NCBI GenBank assembly: GCA_043827005.1 | Contig: JBDRPM010000028.1 | Coordinates: 27,006-91,005, forward strand | Reading direction: 5' to 3' | DNA: 64,000 nucleotides | From: Pseudomonadota bacterium | GTDB taxonomy: Bacteria; Desulfobacterota; Desulfobacteria; Desulfobacterales; Desulfobacteraceae | Part shown: piece after piece, positions 9,338 to 20,539 of the stretch | How the letters are laid out: each line of letters starts with the position of its first letter | Numbering within the stretch: the stretch's first letter is position 1 | Notes under the pieces: model-generated | The model's input: the letters and a program-made list of their open reading frames with translations, nothing else | Told to the model about the DNA's origin: nothing | The model's database searches: none | Translations under genes and position numbers: made by a program

Positions 9338-10776
9338 AATAAAACTCCATTTAAATATTTTTTTATATTAATGGCTTCAGGCGTAAATGAATATACCGGT
9401 CGCCACTGACTGAATGCATTGATTTCAATACCATTGTAAACAATAGACACCGGTCGATCCGATGATACAACCACCACAATCACTTGACTGTGATCAGCTG
9501 AAAATCGCAAAGCAGAATTATATCGGGCACCTCTGGCCATGTTTTCCCAGTTAATGGACTTACCATCCAGCAGGCACCCAAATCCTCTGATTTTCAAGTC
9601 TGCTGTGATGTGAACGGCACCATCAATTTTCAGCAGGGAACTGACCAGATTAACATTCTTAGGTTCTAAAAGACTTAACGGCGGTTCAAGCACATGACCG
9701 GACAGATGAATCGGTACAGGATGAAGGTCCAGCACCAGGGTACAGCCATAACGACCGATACCGGCATGGTGAACCAGATGTGAAACCAATTGAAACAGCC
9801 GTGTGGTGATCTCAATATCAAGCTTGGAATCTAACAAAATCTCTTCGAGCTCAACCATTTTGGCTTCCCGGGTGGTTGAATGAAAACTGCCGTCAAAAAA
9901 AGAAGCGATCTTTTCATTGCCCAGCCGTAAGAATCCGTGATCCCCCCTGAAATCTCCGGTAATGGCATAATCCGGAATATCGCTGTCTGTGATGCCGATA
10001 ATGGTACACCCGTCAGAGACCAGCTTTCGATCTGAATTTTCAACAGCCAGCAATAACTTTCGGATGTGCTTGGCATTGCTGATCACAGGTTGTTCATGTC
10101 GCTGAATTTTGGTGATAAACGAGATCTTTTCCAGCCTTTGGGGATCAGTAAAAAAAAGGGTGCCTCTGGCCCACGCCCCTTCCTCCCTGGTTTTGGAAAT
10201 ATTCAAGATATCGTTCAAAATCGGTGGGATTAAAATCTTGCTGTCAAACCATAAATGCTGATCCCGTTCATCGACAATATAATCAGCAATGGCCTGGAGA
10301 GAATAATTTTTCAACACATAGTCAGATGAATTAATAACTGATCCTTGTGAATTATAATCATGTGCCAGTAGGCTTGCCGCCTGTTCCAGCCACCGCTCTG
10401 TCGGATGTATGGAGCACATGTCCGGGTGTTGTTCCGTTAACCACATCTGGTAGAAAAAATCAGAAGAACAGCCCCCATAGGAAATCAGACCGGTCAGTTC
10501 CAGATCACTTTGAGTGGCAATATGTCCCAGAGGTTGATTTTTAATTTTTTTTTCAATCCTGGCCCGCCATTCTGCCTCATTATCATGATAGACCTCTTTG
10601 AGTTTGGGTTCATGCCCTTTTAAAACATTCTGAGGATCTAACACACGGATGGGATCATCTTTTTGGGCAACAAAGATTAAAGCAACCTTGCTAGGTTGAG
10701 AATATTTTGAAAGTCCCTCTACAACACCGTTTAGAATATTGTTAATACATAATTTATAATAAAAAGACTGGTTCAT
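9334..10776 (-). CDS. DisA_N/DAC (diadenylate-cyclase-like) domain protein with long N-terminal region
   Basis: C-terminal GCTLV, KIDGAVHI (DGA motif), RGARYNSALRF (RHR-equivalent), VVSSD. Confidence 0.78.
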   Translation of the reverse strand: MNQSFYYKLCINNILNGVVEGLSKYSQPSKVALIFVAQKDDPIRVLDPQNVLKGHEPKLKEVYHDNEAEWRARIEKKIKNQPLGHIATQSDLELTGLISYGGCSSDFFYQMWLTEQHPDMCSIHPTERWLEQAASLLAHDYNSQGSVINSSDYVLKNYSLQAIADYIVDERDQHLWFDSKILIPPILNDILNISKTREEGAWARGTLFFTDPQRLEKISFITKIQRHEQPVISNAKHIRKLLLAVENSDRKLVSDGCTIIGITDSDIPDYAITGDFRGDHGFLRLGNEKIASFFDGSFHSTTREAKMVELEEILLDSKLDIEITTRLFQLVSHLVHHAGIGRYGCTLVLDLHPVPIHLSGHVLEPPLSLLEPKNVNLVSSLLKIDGAVHITADLKIRGFGCLLDGKSINWENMARGARYNSALRFSADHSQVIVVVVSSDRPVSIVYNGIEINAFSQWRPVYSFTPEAINIKKYLNGVLL

Positions 10777-10908
10777 TAACGCCTGACCTGTTATAAAAAT
10801 TGTTCACTTTGATTGATACTCTTGTTAAGTATGACTTGGCAAGACTTTTTTATTGTAATAATCGTCAAGGCTTGCTATTGAACCGTAACAAACGTGGAGG
10901 CTGAAAAT

Positions 10909-11634
10909 ATGAGAAAATCTGTCTTTTATTGTGTACTGTTTGCACTGACAATCTGCTTGATCCCCCATTCCCTTATTGCAAAAACAGGGTATGTCTCTGA
11001 TATGCTTTTGTTAACTTTCAGAGATGGGCCAGGCAAAACCGCTTCGGTCATCAAAACCCTGTCCAGCAGCACACCGGTTGAAATCCTTGAAGAACAGGTT
11101 GGGTTTTATAAGGTTCAACTTCAGTCCAGGGAAATCGGATGGGTGGACAAAAAATTTATTATTTTTGAAACCCCCAAAAGTATGATTATTAAACAATTAG
11201 AGCAGACCATTGCGTCTTTGGAAAATCAAATCACAACCCTCCAATCTGCTGCTCAAGCATCAAAAGATCATTTATCATCTTCAAATGATGATAATATTAT
11301 CAAAATTCAATCCCTTGAATCCTCTTTGCAGACTGCTCTTAGCGAAAACCAAACACTGACCCGTTCGTTGTCGGAAACCAATGAAAAATATAACACCCTG
11401 ATCCAGCAATCCAAGAACATTCAATCCATTGTTGCCGAAAACAAAACCCTGAAAGAACAAAATAAATCACTGACCATCGATCTTGATGCATTGAAAAAAT
11501 CCAGCACATCCATATTGAAAATCGGCATGATCAAATGGTTTCTCGCTGGTGTGGGAACGCTTCTTCTTGGCTGGATATTGGGCCAGAGCATCTCTTCGAC
11601 AAGACGATCCCGTTCATCTTTGTTTGATTCATGA
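10909..11634 (+). CDS. SH3-domain coiled-coil membrane protein (TIGR04211-like)
   Basis: Signal peptide, YVSD..TFRDGPG, GWV SH3b motif, coiled coil, C-terminal TM WFLAGVGTLLLGWILG. Confidence 0.85.
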   Translation: MRKSVFYCVLFALTICLIPHSLIAKTGYVSDMLLLTFRDGPGKTASVIKTLSSSTPVEILEEQVGFYKVQLQSREIGWVDKKFIIFETPKSMIIKQLEQTIASLENQITTLQSAAQASKDHLSSSNDDNIIKIQSLESSLQTALSENQTLTRSLSETNEKYNTLIQQSKNIQSIVAENKTLKEQNKSLTIDLDALKKSSTSILKIGMIKWFLAGVGTLLLGWILGQSISSTRRSRSSLFDS

Positions 11635-11645
11635 TAAGGTGAGTC

Positions 11646-12059
11646 ATGACTCGTTTAAAAATCAACATGCCGGACGAATTTAATTATACAACTCAAATTA
11701 ATATCAGAATTTGCGATATTAATTATGGAAATCATGTCGGCCATGATGCTTTTATTTCAATTTTGCATGAAGCCCGTGTCAGGTTTCTGGACCATCTGGG
11801 ATACACAGAAAAAAATATTGAAGGCAAAGGAATCGTCATTTCAGACCTTGCTGTGATCTATAAATCCCAATCCTTTCATGGAGACATCCTGAACGTTGAA
11901 ATGAGGTTTGCAGATTTTAACAAATACGGGTGTGATCTTTTTTACCGGGTATCCCACGCAAAAAACAAAACCCTGATTCTGGAGGCCAAAACAGGGCTTG
12001 TCTTTTTTGATTACATCAAAAATAAGATTACAGACATACCCGATACTTTCAGGCCTTGA
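11646..12059 (+). CDS. Acyl-CoA thioesterase (4HBT-like hotdog fold)
   Basis: DINYGNHVGHD..HEARVRF. Confidence 0.85.
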   Translation: MTRLKINMPDEFNYTTQINIRICDINYGNHVGHDAFISILHEARVRFLDHLGYTEKNIEGKGIVISDLAVIYKSQSFHGDILNVEMRFADFNKYGCDLFYRVSHAKNKTLILEAKTGLVFFDYIKNKITDIPDTFRP

Positions 12060-12159
12060 ACTCTCAGTGGTTTAGTACTATCCTGATCATAACTATTTTA
12101 AAATCATAACTTGTCCTTGACTTCAATAAAGAGAACCAATTCAACCAGGGAGCAGACAA

Positions 12160-14811
12160 ATGACAGATTATCCTTTAAAAGAAAAACGATTTTTAGGACA
12201 GCAGGAATATTGTATTCATAATCTGAGTCTTCTTGAAAAAAAAGGCCTGGCAAACATTGGCCGCCTGCCTTTTGCAGCCAGGGTTTTAATTGAAAATATG
12301 GCCAGGAACATGGACGAGGATATCAACCAGTGGTCAAACCTTCTCGCTGCTGTAAACTTTTATAATTTTCCAAATCAAGCAGCACAACTGATTGCCTTTT
12401 ACCCCGGCCGGGTATTGATGCAGGATTTTACCGGGGTTCCGGCAGTGGTGGATTTTGCAGCCATGCGGGATGCGGTAAAGGCTGCAGGCAAAGATCCTGA
12501 GCAAATCAACCCCCTGGTTCCGGTTGACCTGGTGATTGATCATTCCATCCAGGTGGATCATTTTAAAGAAAAAAATTCATTCTTTTTAAATGCCCAAAAA
12601 GAATATGAGCGAAATAAAGAACGATATCAATTATTAAAGTGGGCCCAGAAAAGCTTTGACAATTTCCGGGTGGTTCCGCCGGAATCCGGCATCTGCCATC
12701 AGGTAAACCTGGAATACCTGGCCCAGGTGATTTCTACCCGACAAACAGCAGACGGCCTTCAAGCCTTTCCAGATACATTGGTGGGAACCGATTCTCACAC
12801 CACCATGATCAATGCCCTGGGTGTTCTGGGCTGGGGCGTGGGCGGAATAGAGGCTGAAGCGGTCATGCTGGGGCAGCCCTATTACATGAATCTTCCCCGG
12901 ATCATCGGGGTCAATTTTACAGGAAAACCACGGCAGCAGATTACATCCACAGATATTGCCCTTTACATTACCCATATTTTAAGAGAACAGAACGTTGTGG
13001 AAAAAATTGTGGAATATACGGGTGAGGGCCTAAAGTATCTGACCTTGACTGATCGGGCCACCATATCCAACATGTCTCCGGAATACGGGGCCACGGCCGG
13101 ATTCTTCCCCGTGGATGACCAGACCCTGACCTATCTTAAAAAAACCAACCGTCCCGAAGTTGCCTCCAGGGTGGAAGCCTATTGCAAGGCCTGTGGATTT
13201 TTTAATACCTATACTGAAGATATCCAATATTCAAAAAAAATTGACGTGGATCTGTCATTGATTGAAACCTCAGTGGCAGGCCCTTCCAGACCCCAGGACC
13301 GGATCTCCCTGTCCGGTGTCAAACAAAAAACCATAGAAAAATTCAACCTTGAAAAACAAGAAAAAATACAGATCAACCCGGATAACCATGCCCACGCCCT
13401 GACCAATGGCAGCGTGGTCATTGCCGCCATTACATCCTGTACCAACACTTCCAATCCTTATACCATGATAGGTGCCGGGCTTGCTGCCAAAAATGCCGTA
13501 CAAAAAGGACTATCCATTCCATGGTATGTTAAAACCTCATTATCCCCGGGCTCCCGGGTGGTTCTGGACTATTTAAACAATTCAGGCTTAATGACTTTTT
13601 TTGAACAACTGGGATTCAACAATACCGGATTTGGCTGCATGACCTGCATTGGGAACTCAGGCCCTCTGGATCCATTTATTGAAGAATCAATTAAAAAGCA
13701 TGATCTGGATGTCATGTCTGTGTTGTCCGGCAACCGGAACTTTGAAGCCAGAATCCACCAGTTGGTCAAAGGCAATTATTTAATGTCCCCGATTCTTGTG
13801 GTCATGTTTGCCATTGCCGGGCGAATGGATATTGATATTGAAACCCAGCCTCTGGGGATTTCAAAATATGGCAACCCGGTCTTTATGAACGAGATCTGGC
13901 CCGGGGCTGATCAGATCAATGAGTTTGTTCAAACCTATGTCCATGAACGCTTTTTCAAAGATCAATATGCCCATATTTTTACAGGCGACAAACTCTGGCA
14001 GGACCTTGAAGTCAAAGAAAGCACTACGTTTTCCTTTGACCCGCACTCCACCTATATCCGGAACCCGCCGTTTTTTAAAAACTTTTCCCAAAACATTCCT
14101 GAACTTTCAGACATTAAAAATGCAAGAGCACTTTTGGTTCTGGGCGATTCTGTCACCACGGACCATATTTCTCCGGCCGGGGCCATTCCAATTGACTATC
14201 CCGCCGGACAATATTTGATTAACAATAATGTCAAACCCTGGGATTTTAACTCTTACGGTTCCCGCAGGGGCAACCATGAAGTGATGATGAGAGGCACATT
14301 TGCCAATATCCGGATTAAAAACAGACTGGTGTCTGATCCAGGTGGCCTGACCCTTAAATTTCCGGAAAATGACCAGGCTTATGTGTTTGAGGCATCCCAA
14401 CGATATCAGAATGAAAAGACCGACCTTCTGGTCTTTGGCGGCAGGGAATACGGCACAGGTTCCTCCCGGGACTGGGCAGCCAAAGGAACCGCCCTTTTAG
14501 GGGTTAAGGCTGTGATTGCCACCTCCTTTGAGCGGATCCATCGATCCAATCTGGTGGGCATGGGGATTTTACCCCTGGTTTTCAAAGAAAACCAATCCCT
14601 TGAGACGTTGGGACTCAAAGGCGATGAAACATTTGAAATCAAAGGACTCAATCAGATCAAACCCAACAGCCTTCTCACGGTCACGGCATCAAAGAACGGC
14701 AAAAAAACAGATTTTCAGGTCATTGTAAAACTCAATATTAATATTGAAGTTGACTATATTAAAAACGGCGGTATCCTTCATTACGTGCTCAGACAGATGA
14801 TTCAAAAATAG
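12160..14811 (+). CDS. acnA: Aconitate hydratase A
   Basis: LMQDFTGVPA, DHS, GTDSHT, ITSCTNTSNP, GCMTCIGNSG, TTDHISPAG, GSSRDWAAKG. Confidence 0.96.
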   Translation: MTDYPLKEKRFLGQQEYCIHNLSLLEKKGLANIGRLPFAARVLIENMARNMDEDINQWSNLLAAVNFYNFPNQAAQLIAFYPGRVLMQDFTGVPAVVDFAAMRDAVKAAGKDPEQINPLVPVDLVIDHSIQVDHFKEKNSFFLNAQKEYERNKERYQLLKWAQKSFDNFRVVPPESGICHQVNLEYLAQVISTRQTADGLQAFPDTLVGTDSHTTMINALGVLGWGVGGIEAEAVMLGQPYYMNLPRIIGVNFTGKPRQQITSTDIALYITHILREQNVVEKIVEYTGEGLKYLTLTDRATISNMSPEYGATAGFFPVDDQTLTYLKKTNRPEVASRVEAYCKACGFFNTYTEDIQYSKKIDVDLSLIETSVAGPSRPQDRISLSGVKQKTIEKFNLEKQEKIQINPDNHAHALTNGSVVIAAITSCTNTSNPYTMIGAGLAAKNAVQKGLSIPWYVKTSLSPGSRVVLDYLNNSGLMTFFEQLGFNNTGFGCMTCIGNSGPLDPFIEESIKKHDLDVMSVLSGNRNFEARIHQLVKGNYLMSPILVVMFAIAGRMDIDIETQPLGISKYGNPVFMNEIWPGADQINEFVQTYVHERFFKDQYAHIFTGDKLWQDLEVKESTTFSFDPHSTYIRNPPFFKNFSQNIPELSDIKNARALLVLGDSVTTDHISPAGAIPIDYPAGQYLINNNVKPWDFNSYGSRRGNHEVMMRGTFANIRIKNRLVSDPGGLTLKFPENDQAYVFEASQRYQNEKTDLLVFGGREYGTGSSRDWAAKGTALLGVKAVIATSFERIHRSNLVGMGILPLVFKENQSLETLGLKGDETFEIKGLNQIKPNSLLTVTASKNGKKTDFQVIVKLNINIEVDYIKNGGILHYVLRQMIQK

Positions 14812-14820
14812 GCTGGAACG

Positions 14821-16374
14821 CTATTTTATCATTCCTTTTTTCCAGTTCCGAATCAAGGCAATAAAGGTTCGGACACAGATTCCGGACGGCCCTTTGGGAA
14901 TATAAGACTTTTCCGTATAATCCCAGGCTGTGCCGGCAATATCAAGATGAGCCCAGGGAGTATCGCCCACAAATTTGGACAGATAGGCAGCTGCCGTAAT
15001 AGACCCTGCCGGACGACCACCCACATTTTTAATGTCTGCCACTTTTGATTCAATCTGTTTGATGTACTCTTTGGTCAGGGGCAGTCGCCATATGGGTTCT
15101 CCTGCCTCTTTGCCCGCCTGGATCAAACAGTCTGAAAACACATCATTGTTGCTCATCAACCCGGAATGGTGATGGCCCAGACCAATGATCACCGCCCCGG
15201 TCAGTGTCGCAATATCCACAACCCCATCCGGAGAAAAGGTCTTGATCCCATATGCCAGGGCATCGGCTAAAATCATACGGCCTTCAGCATCGGTATTGAC
15301 GATTTCACTGGTCACACCGTTAAAGTGATGAATAATATCTCCCGGCCGCACGGCTGAACTGCCGGACATGTTATCGGTAGCCGGTACAATGGCCACAACA
15401 TTCAGATCCGGCTGTTCTTCTCCCACCACCTGCATGACTGTCAGAACAGCAGCGCCGCCGCACATATCATATTTCATCTCCTCCATGCCGGCAGCCGGTT
15501 TAATGCTGATCCCACCTGAATCAAAGGTGATGCCTTTGCCAACCAGCAACAGGGTCTCGGTTTTGTTTTTTGCAGTTTTCTTTTTGGACCAATATTCAAG
15601 AATTACCATTTTAGGCGGAATGGCCGATCCCTGGTTCACTGCCAGAATACCGCCCATGCCTGATTTTTCCATATCCTCTTTTTCAAGGCATGAATATATA
15701 AGATCATACTTTTTTGCAATGGTTTTGGCATATTCAGCAAATTCAACCGATGTCCAGCCATTTCCCGGCTCATTGGCCATATCTCTTGCCTTGCAGGCAG
15801 CAAAGGCTGCTGTACTGCCCAGGGACATTCCCCTGCGAATATCTTTTGTTGATTTTTCACAGGCCAGCCGAATGGTATCCAGACCGGTATAATCTGTTTT
15901 TTTCTGGGTAGTTTTCTTGTATTTTAGAAAACGATAATCACCCAACAATACCCCTTCTATCAACGCCTGGGCTGTTTTTTTAATTCCAGGTGTTTTAATG
16001 GATGGCAGACAGATGGTCACTGTTTTTACCTTTATTTTTTCACAGATTTTTGCAATTTCTCCACCGATCTGTCGAAGCATTTCACATACCTCAAACGTCT
16101 CATCATCTTTGCCTGTTTCACCCATTCCCATCACAAGAATCCGTTTTGCCCGGATCTGTTTTTCTGTGGCAGCACAAGAAGGATAGAACAAGAGCATTTC
16201 ATCGGTTTTCCCTGAAAAATCTTTCAGATCATATGCTTTTTGTAACGGTTTTTTTAAAATCCAATTCGTTCTGGGTAATTTCCCGTTTTTCTCCAGGGGC
16301 AGACAATAAACAAGCAGATCTGAATTGAGTGACCACTCAGGCTTTTGTGTCAGAACGATACGGGTTTGTTTCAT
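14821..16374 (-). CDS. pepA: Leucyl aminopeptidase (M17)
   Basis: GKGITFDSGG, MKYDMCG, NTDAEGR, ATLTGA, WAHLDIAG. Confidence 0.95.
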   Translation of the reverse strand: MKQTRIVLTQKPEWSLNSDLLVYCLPLEKNGKLPRTNWILKKPLQKAYDLKDFSGKTDEMLLFYPSCAATEKQIRAKRILVMGMGETGKDDETFEVCEMLRQIGGEIAKICEKIKVKTVTICLPSIKTPGIKKTAQALIEGVLLGDYRFLKYKKTTQKKTDYTGLDTIRLACEKSTKDIRRGMSLGSTAAFAACKARDMANEPGNGWTSVEFAEYAKTIAKKYDLIYSCLEKEDMEKSGMGGILAVNQGSAIPPKMVILEYWSKKKTAKNKTETLLLVGKGITFDSGGISIKPAAGMEEMKYDMCGGAAVLTVMQVVGEEQPDLNVVAIVPATDNMSGSSAVRPGDIIHHFNGVTSEIVNTDAEGRMILADALAYGIKTFSPDGVVDIATLTGAVIIGLGHHHSGLMSNNDVFSDCLIQAGKEAGEPIWRLPLTKEYIKQIESKVADIKNVGGRPAGSITAAAYLSKFVGDTPWAHLDIAGTAWDYTEKSYIPKGPSGICVRTFIALIRNWKKGMIK

Positions 16375-16556
16375 GGGTATCCTTTTTCAATTTTTTGTTT
16401 CATACAATGAAACACAATTATATCCTATGAATAATTTTTATCAATTAACATCATTTTATTTTTTTTTAATTTTTTATTTTATTCTCTGTTATAATCTGTT
16501 TTAAAAGTTTTGAATAACTTTTTTTAACGAACTAATAATAAAGGGGTCTATTGATC

Positions 16557-18290
16557 ATGGAAATTAATCATTATGAGTTTAAATACGGTGAATTTGGAGA
16601 AACGCTGGGTGTACAAATCAATCTGAGAGGGTTTGATGTTCTCCGGTATAACAATATCAGCAAAGGCACCGCTTATACAATTGAAGAAAGAAAAAAACTC
16701 AAATTAAGTGGATTTCTGCCGCCCAGAGTAAAAACATTGAAAGAACAGATCCAAAACAGCCTTAAAATCCTTGATAATAAAGAAAATGATATTGAACGAT
16801 TTATTTATATCCGAAGCCTTTACGATCGAAACGTCGTTCTTGCCCATGCGGTTGTAGCAAGCAATATCACAAAATATATGCCCATTATTTATACCCCGAC
16901 TGTGGGTCTGGCCTGCCAACAGTATTCATCCATGTTCCGAAGAGCCAATGGTATCCATTTTTATCCCGGCAACATTGAGTATGCAGAATACATCCTGAGA
17001 AATTACACTGACCAGGATATCAGAATTGCGGTTGTCACAGATAACCAGGGAATCCTTGGAATTGGCGATCAGGGTGCTGGCGGCCTTCCCATCTGCCTTG
17101 GCAAACTCATGCTTTACACCCAGGGTGCTGGGATTGCTCCCTGGCATTGTCTGCCCATCTCCCTTGATGTGGGAACAGATAACCAGGCACTTTTGGATGA
17201 CCCAGATTATCTGGGCTGGAGAAACAAACGGATAACCGGTGATGAATACAATCAATTTGTTGAAAAATTTGTCATAGCCTTTAAAAAGGTTTTCCCAAAG
17301 GCCCTTTGCCAGTGGGAAGATTTTTCAAAACAGACCGCCTTTGATGTGCGAGACAGATATCTGAATGAAGTTATCTCTTTTAATGATGATATCCAGGGAA
17401 CCGGCTCTGTTGTTCTAGCAGGGACTCTTGCTGCAATGAAAGTAAAAAATGAAAAAATGACCGACCAGATCTTCCTGGTTCACGGTGCCGGTGCCGGTGG
17501 GATAGGTGTTGCTGAACAGATCCATAATGAACTGGTTGCCCAGGGAATGAGCGATCAAGCTGCCCGGGACATCATCTTTACCCTTGACTCACGCGGTGTT
17601 GTAACCTCTGACCGGAATATTGAACCTTATAAATTAAAATTTGCTAAAGATCCTGAAAAATTGACATGGTTAAAAACACCAGCCGACAACACCCTGCTCA
17701 ATGTCTGCATCAACGAAAAAATCACGGTATTGATTGGTACATCCGGTCAGCCCGGTTGTTTTACAAAACAGATTGTGGATGCTGTCATGCAGAACTCAGA
17801 CAGACCTGCAATTCTTCCATTGAGCAACCCCACCACAAAAGCGGAAGCATTACCCAAAGATATTTATGAGTGGACCAACGGAAAAGCGCTTGTGGCAACA
17901 GGCTCTCCTTTTGCGCCTGTAAACCAGGATGGAAAAGAGATCAGAATCGGCCAAATGAACAATGCCTTTATTTTCCCTGGTGTTGGTTTGGGTATCGTAG
18001 CTTCCGGTGCCACTGAAGTTTTGCCGATCTTTTTTTCTGCCGCAGCTCACGCTGTTGCTGAATTTATCAGTGAAGAAGATCTTGCAAATGGTATCCTTTG
18101 CCCACCGCTGAATACACTTAAAGAAGTGTCTGTTAAAGTAGCCAAAAGAGTTGCTGCAGAAGCCATCAAAGCCGGTGTGTGTGACAATGGCTGTGCCTTT
18201 GCAGAATACAAGCACAACAATGACTTGGATCGAATGAACACCTTGATTGATAACATGATGTGGAAGCCTGAATATTTCAATCAGGCGTAA
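16557..18290 (+). CDS. maeA: NAD-dependent malic enzyme
   Basis: IYTPTVGLAC, ILGIGD, LDVGTDN, QWEDF, FNDDIQGT, GAGAGG, LSNPT, NNAFIFPG. Confidence 0.9.
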   Translation: MEINHYEFKYGEFGETLGVQINLRGFDVLRYNNISKGTAYTIEERKKLKLSGFLPPRVKTLKEQIQNSLKILDNKENDIERFIYIRSLYDRNVVLAHAVVASNITKYMPIIYTPTVGLACQQYSSMFRRANGIHFYPGNIEYAEYILRNYTDQDIRIAVVTDNQGILGIGDQGAGGLPICLGKLMLYTQGAGIAPWHCLPISLDVGTDNQALLDDPDYLGWRNKRITGDEYNQFVEKFVIAFKKVFPKALCQWEDFSKQTAFDVRDRYLNEVISFNDDIQGTGSVVLAGTLAAMKVKNEKMTDQIFLVHGAGAGGIGVAEQIHNELVAQGMSDQAARDIIFTLDSRGVVTSDRNIEPYKLKFAKDPEKLTWLKTPADNTLLNVCINEKITVLIGTSGQPGCFTKQIVDAVMQNSDRPAILPLSNPTTKAEALPKDIYEWTNGKALVATGSPFAPVNQDGKEIRIGQMNNAFIFPGVGLGIVASGATEVLPIFFSAAAHAVAEFISEEDLANGILCPPLNTLKEVSVKVAKRVAAEAIKAGVCDNGCAFAEYKHNNDLDRMNTLIDNMMWKPEYFNQA

Positions 18291-18323
18291 TCAGCACCAA
18301 GCTTAATAGTCATTAAGCTTTTT

Positions 18324-18372
18324 CAGCCAATTGCCCAAATTCCCTCGGGGCAATTGGCTGTTTTATTTTTTT
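18324..18372 (+). terminator. Rho-independent terminator after malic enzyme
   Basis: CAGCCAATTGCCC..GGGCAATTGGCTG followed by T-tract. Confidence 0.75.
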
Positions 18373-18386
18373 AAGACTGCTTTGTT

Positions 18387-19067
18387 TTATTTTTTTGGAT
18401 GACATTGTGTGCAGGAAACCGGTGCCGGAGCCTTTCCTTTTGGATCACCCTTTTCAATATTATAGCTTTTGTGACAATCGACACAATTGGCATGCATGGC
18501 CTCGAAATGATATTTGGCTATTTTTTCTTCATTGCTCAATTTTTCATCTTTGGGTTTTTCAGTTTCTGTATGACATTCAATACACCCTTTAACCGGATCA
18601 CCCTGGGACAGTTTCAGTGGTGTACCCTTTTCATCATGATGGCAGCTGCCACATTCAATGGCATAGTCTTGAATATGTTTTTGATGGGTGAACAATACAA
18701 TGCCTTTTTTATGACTTTTATACTTCGGGTTGTCCATGGCAATCACGTTCATACCATCGGCTTTTTCTGAAGGCGGAGCAACCGTTGGTTTATGATCGGC
18801 CTGTGCCATTTGTTTTTCATGCCCGTTTTCAGCACTATCCTTTTTTATATCATCAGCTTTAGGTTCAGATTCACTGGATGCGTTTTCAACATGGGCATCC
18901 ATTGTTTTATCCTGGGTAACCAGAGCCTTTTTTTTATACATTTTGGGGATTGGTTTAGAAGACACTTTTTCTGTTTCATGAAATGGTATGGCACAATAGG
19001 TTAAAAAAAAGACCAAGAGCAGCATCAAAATTAAGGTTATATTCAGTTCCCGGGACTCATTATTCAT
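18387..19067 (-). CDS. Tetrahaem cytochrome c3 family protein with N-terminal anchor
   Basis: Four CxxCH motifs (CGSCHH, CIECH, CVDCH, CTQCH), FTHQKH distal His motif, hydrophobic N-terminal helix. Confidence 0.9.
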   Translation of the reverse strand: MNNESRELNITLILMLLLVFFLTYCAIPFHETEKVSSKPIPKMYKKKALVTQDKTMDAHVENASSESEPKADDIKKDSAENGHEKQMAQADHKPTVAPPSEKADGMNVIAMDNPKYKSHKKGIVLFTHQKHIQDYAIECGSCHHDEKGTPLKLSQGDPVKGCIECHTETEKPKDEKLSNEEKIAKYHFEAMHANCVDCHKSYNIEKGDPKGKAPAPVSCTQCHPKK

Positions 19068-19313
19068 TCTTTTCTCTCCTTTTTTTTGTATTTACACGAT
19101 ATTACCGGCTCATTTAAAAATGAATAAAAACTTATACTGCCATAATTAACCGGGTTTTTCAATTTTTAAATACCTGTTTTATTTACATAGAAAACCGACA
19201 ATATTTTATCAAAAGGCTGGCATCTTCTTTCAAAAAATAGTAATAAATAAGGTCGATTTAACAAATAAAAAAATATCATCAGTCATCTTTTTGATTGAGA
19301 AAGGAGCGCAAAA

Positions 19314-20441
19314 GTGCAAGCAAGTGGAAAAAAAGTCGGGATTGTAGGCTGGCGTGGAATGGTAGGATCAGTATTAATGCAGCGCATGATAGAGGAAGAT
19401 GATTTCAAACGGATTACCCCTCTTTTTTTCACCACATCCCAGGCTGGTCAGAAAGGCCCGGATATCGGCATGGATGTTCCGCCCCTGGTTGATGCCCATG
19501 ATATTGATGCCCTGTTTGAAATGGATATTATCCTGTCCTGCCAGGGCGGCTCCTATACAGAAGTGATTCGACCCAAACTTACCGAAAAAGGCTGGAATGG
19601 TTATTGGATTGATGCTGCATCGACATTGAGAATGGATGACAAAAGTATCATCATCCTTGATCCGGTGAATCGAAAGGTTATTGACAATGCCCTGAATGAC
19701 GGAATTAAAAACTATATTGGCGGCAATTGCACGGTTTCACTCATGCTCATGGCCCTTGGCGGATTATTTGAAAACAATCTGGTGGAATGGCTGACCTCAA
19801 TGACTTACCAGGCTGCTTCCGGTGCAGGTGCAAAAAACATGGAAGAACTGGTTGCCCAGATGGCCACCATTGGTTCTGCCGCAGCCCCTGTAATGAAAAA
19901 TCCTGTTTCTGCTATTTTAGAACTGGATACCAATGTGATCTCCACCATGCGATCAGATACATTACCGGTTCAAAACTGGGCGGTTCCCCTGGCGGCAAGC
20001 CTGATTCCCTGGATCGATCGCGCCATGGACAACGGCCAGACCCGAGAAGAATGGAAAGGATATGTTGAAACCAATAAAATCCTGGGACGAACCGGCAATC
20101 CATTGCCCAAAATTCCCATTGACGGACAATGTGTCCGGATCGGTGCCATGCGATGCCACAGCCAGGCGTTTACCATCAAGTTGAAAAAAGATGTGCCGTT
20201 AAATGACATTCAAGATATGCTGGCCCAGAACAATGACTGGGTTAAAGTGGTTCCCAACATCAAAGAACAGACCATTAAAAACCTGACCCCGGCCGCTGTC
20301 ACCGGCACATTAACCGTACCTGTGGGACGTATCCGGAAAATGAATCTGGGCAATGATTATCTGACTGCTTTTTCAGTTGGGGATCAATTGCTCTGGGGAG
20401 CGGCTGAACCGCTTCGCCGGATGTTGAATATCATTGTTTAA
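19314..20441 (+). CDS. asd: Aspartate-semialdehyde dehydrogenase
   Basis: [44 protein letters not shown]. Confidence 0.97.
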   Translation: MQASGKKVGIVGWRGMVGSVLMQRMIEEDDFKRITPLFFTTSQAGQKGPDIGMDVPPLVDAHDIDALFEMDIILSCQGGSYTEVIRPKLTEKGWNGYWIDAASTLRMDDKSIIILDPVNRKVIDNALNDGIKNYIGGNCTVSLMLMALGGLFENNLVEWLTSMTYQAASGAGAKNMEELVAQMATIGSAAAPVMKNPVSAILELDTNVISTMRSDTLPVQNWAVPLAASLIPWIDRAMDNGQTREEWKGYVETNKILGRTGNPLPKIPIDGQCVRIGAMRCHSQAFTIKLKKDVPLNDIQDMLAQNNDWVKVVPNIKEQTIKNLTPAAVTGTLTVPVGRIRKMNLGNDYLTAFSVGDQLLWGAAEPLRRMLNIIV

Positions 20442-20539
20442 TCTATAAACCCGTCAGGGAACCTGTTGCTGTATTTAAGAACAGCTCTCCTGCCGGGTTT
20501 ATCATTTTCCACCCCCACCCGGCAGACAGGAGTCAAGCA

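Noticed and set aside
19218-19233. TGGCATCTTCTTTCAA upstream of asd as a sigma-54 promoter
   Set aside because: The -12 GC is missing.
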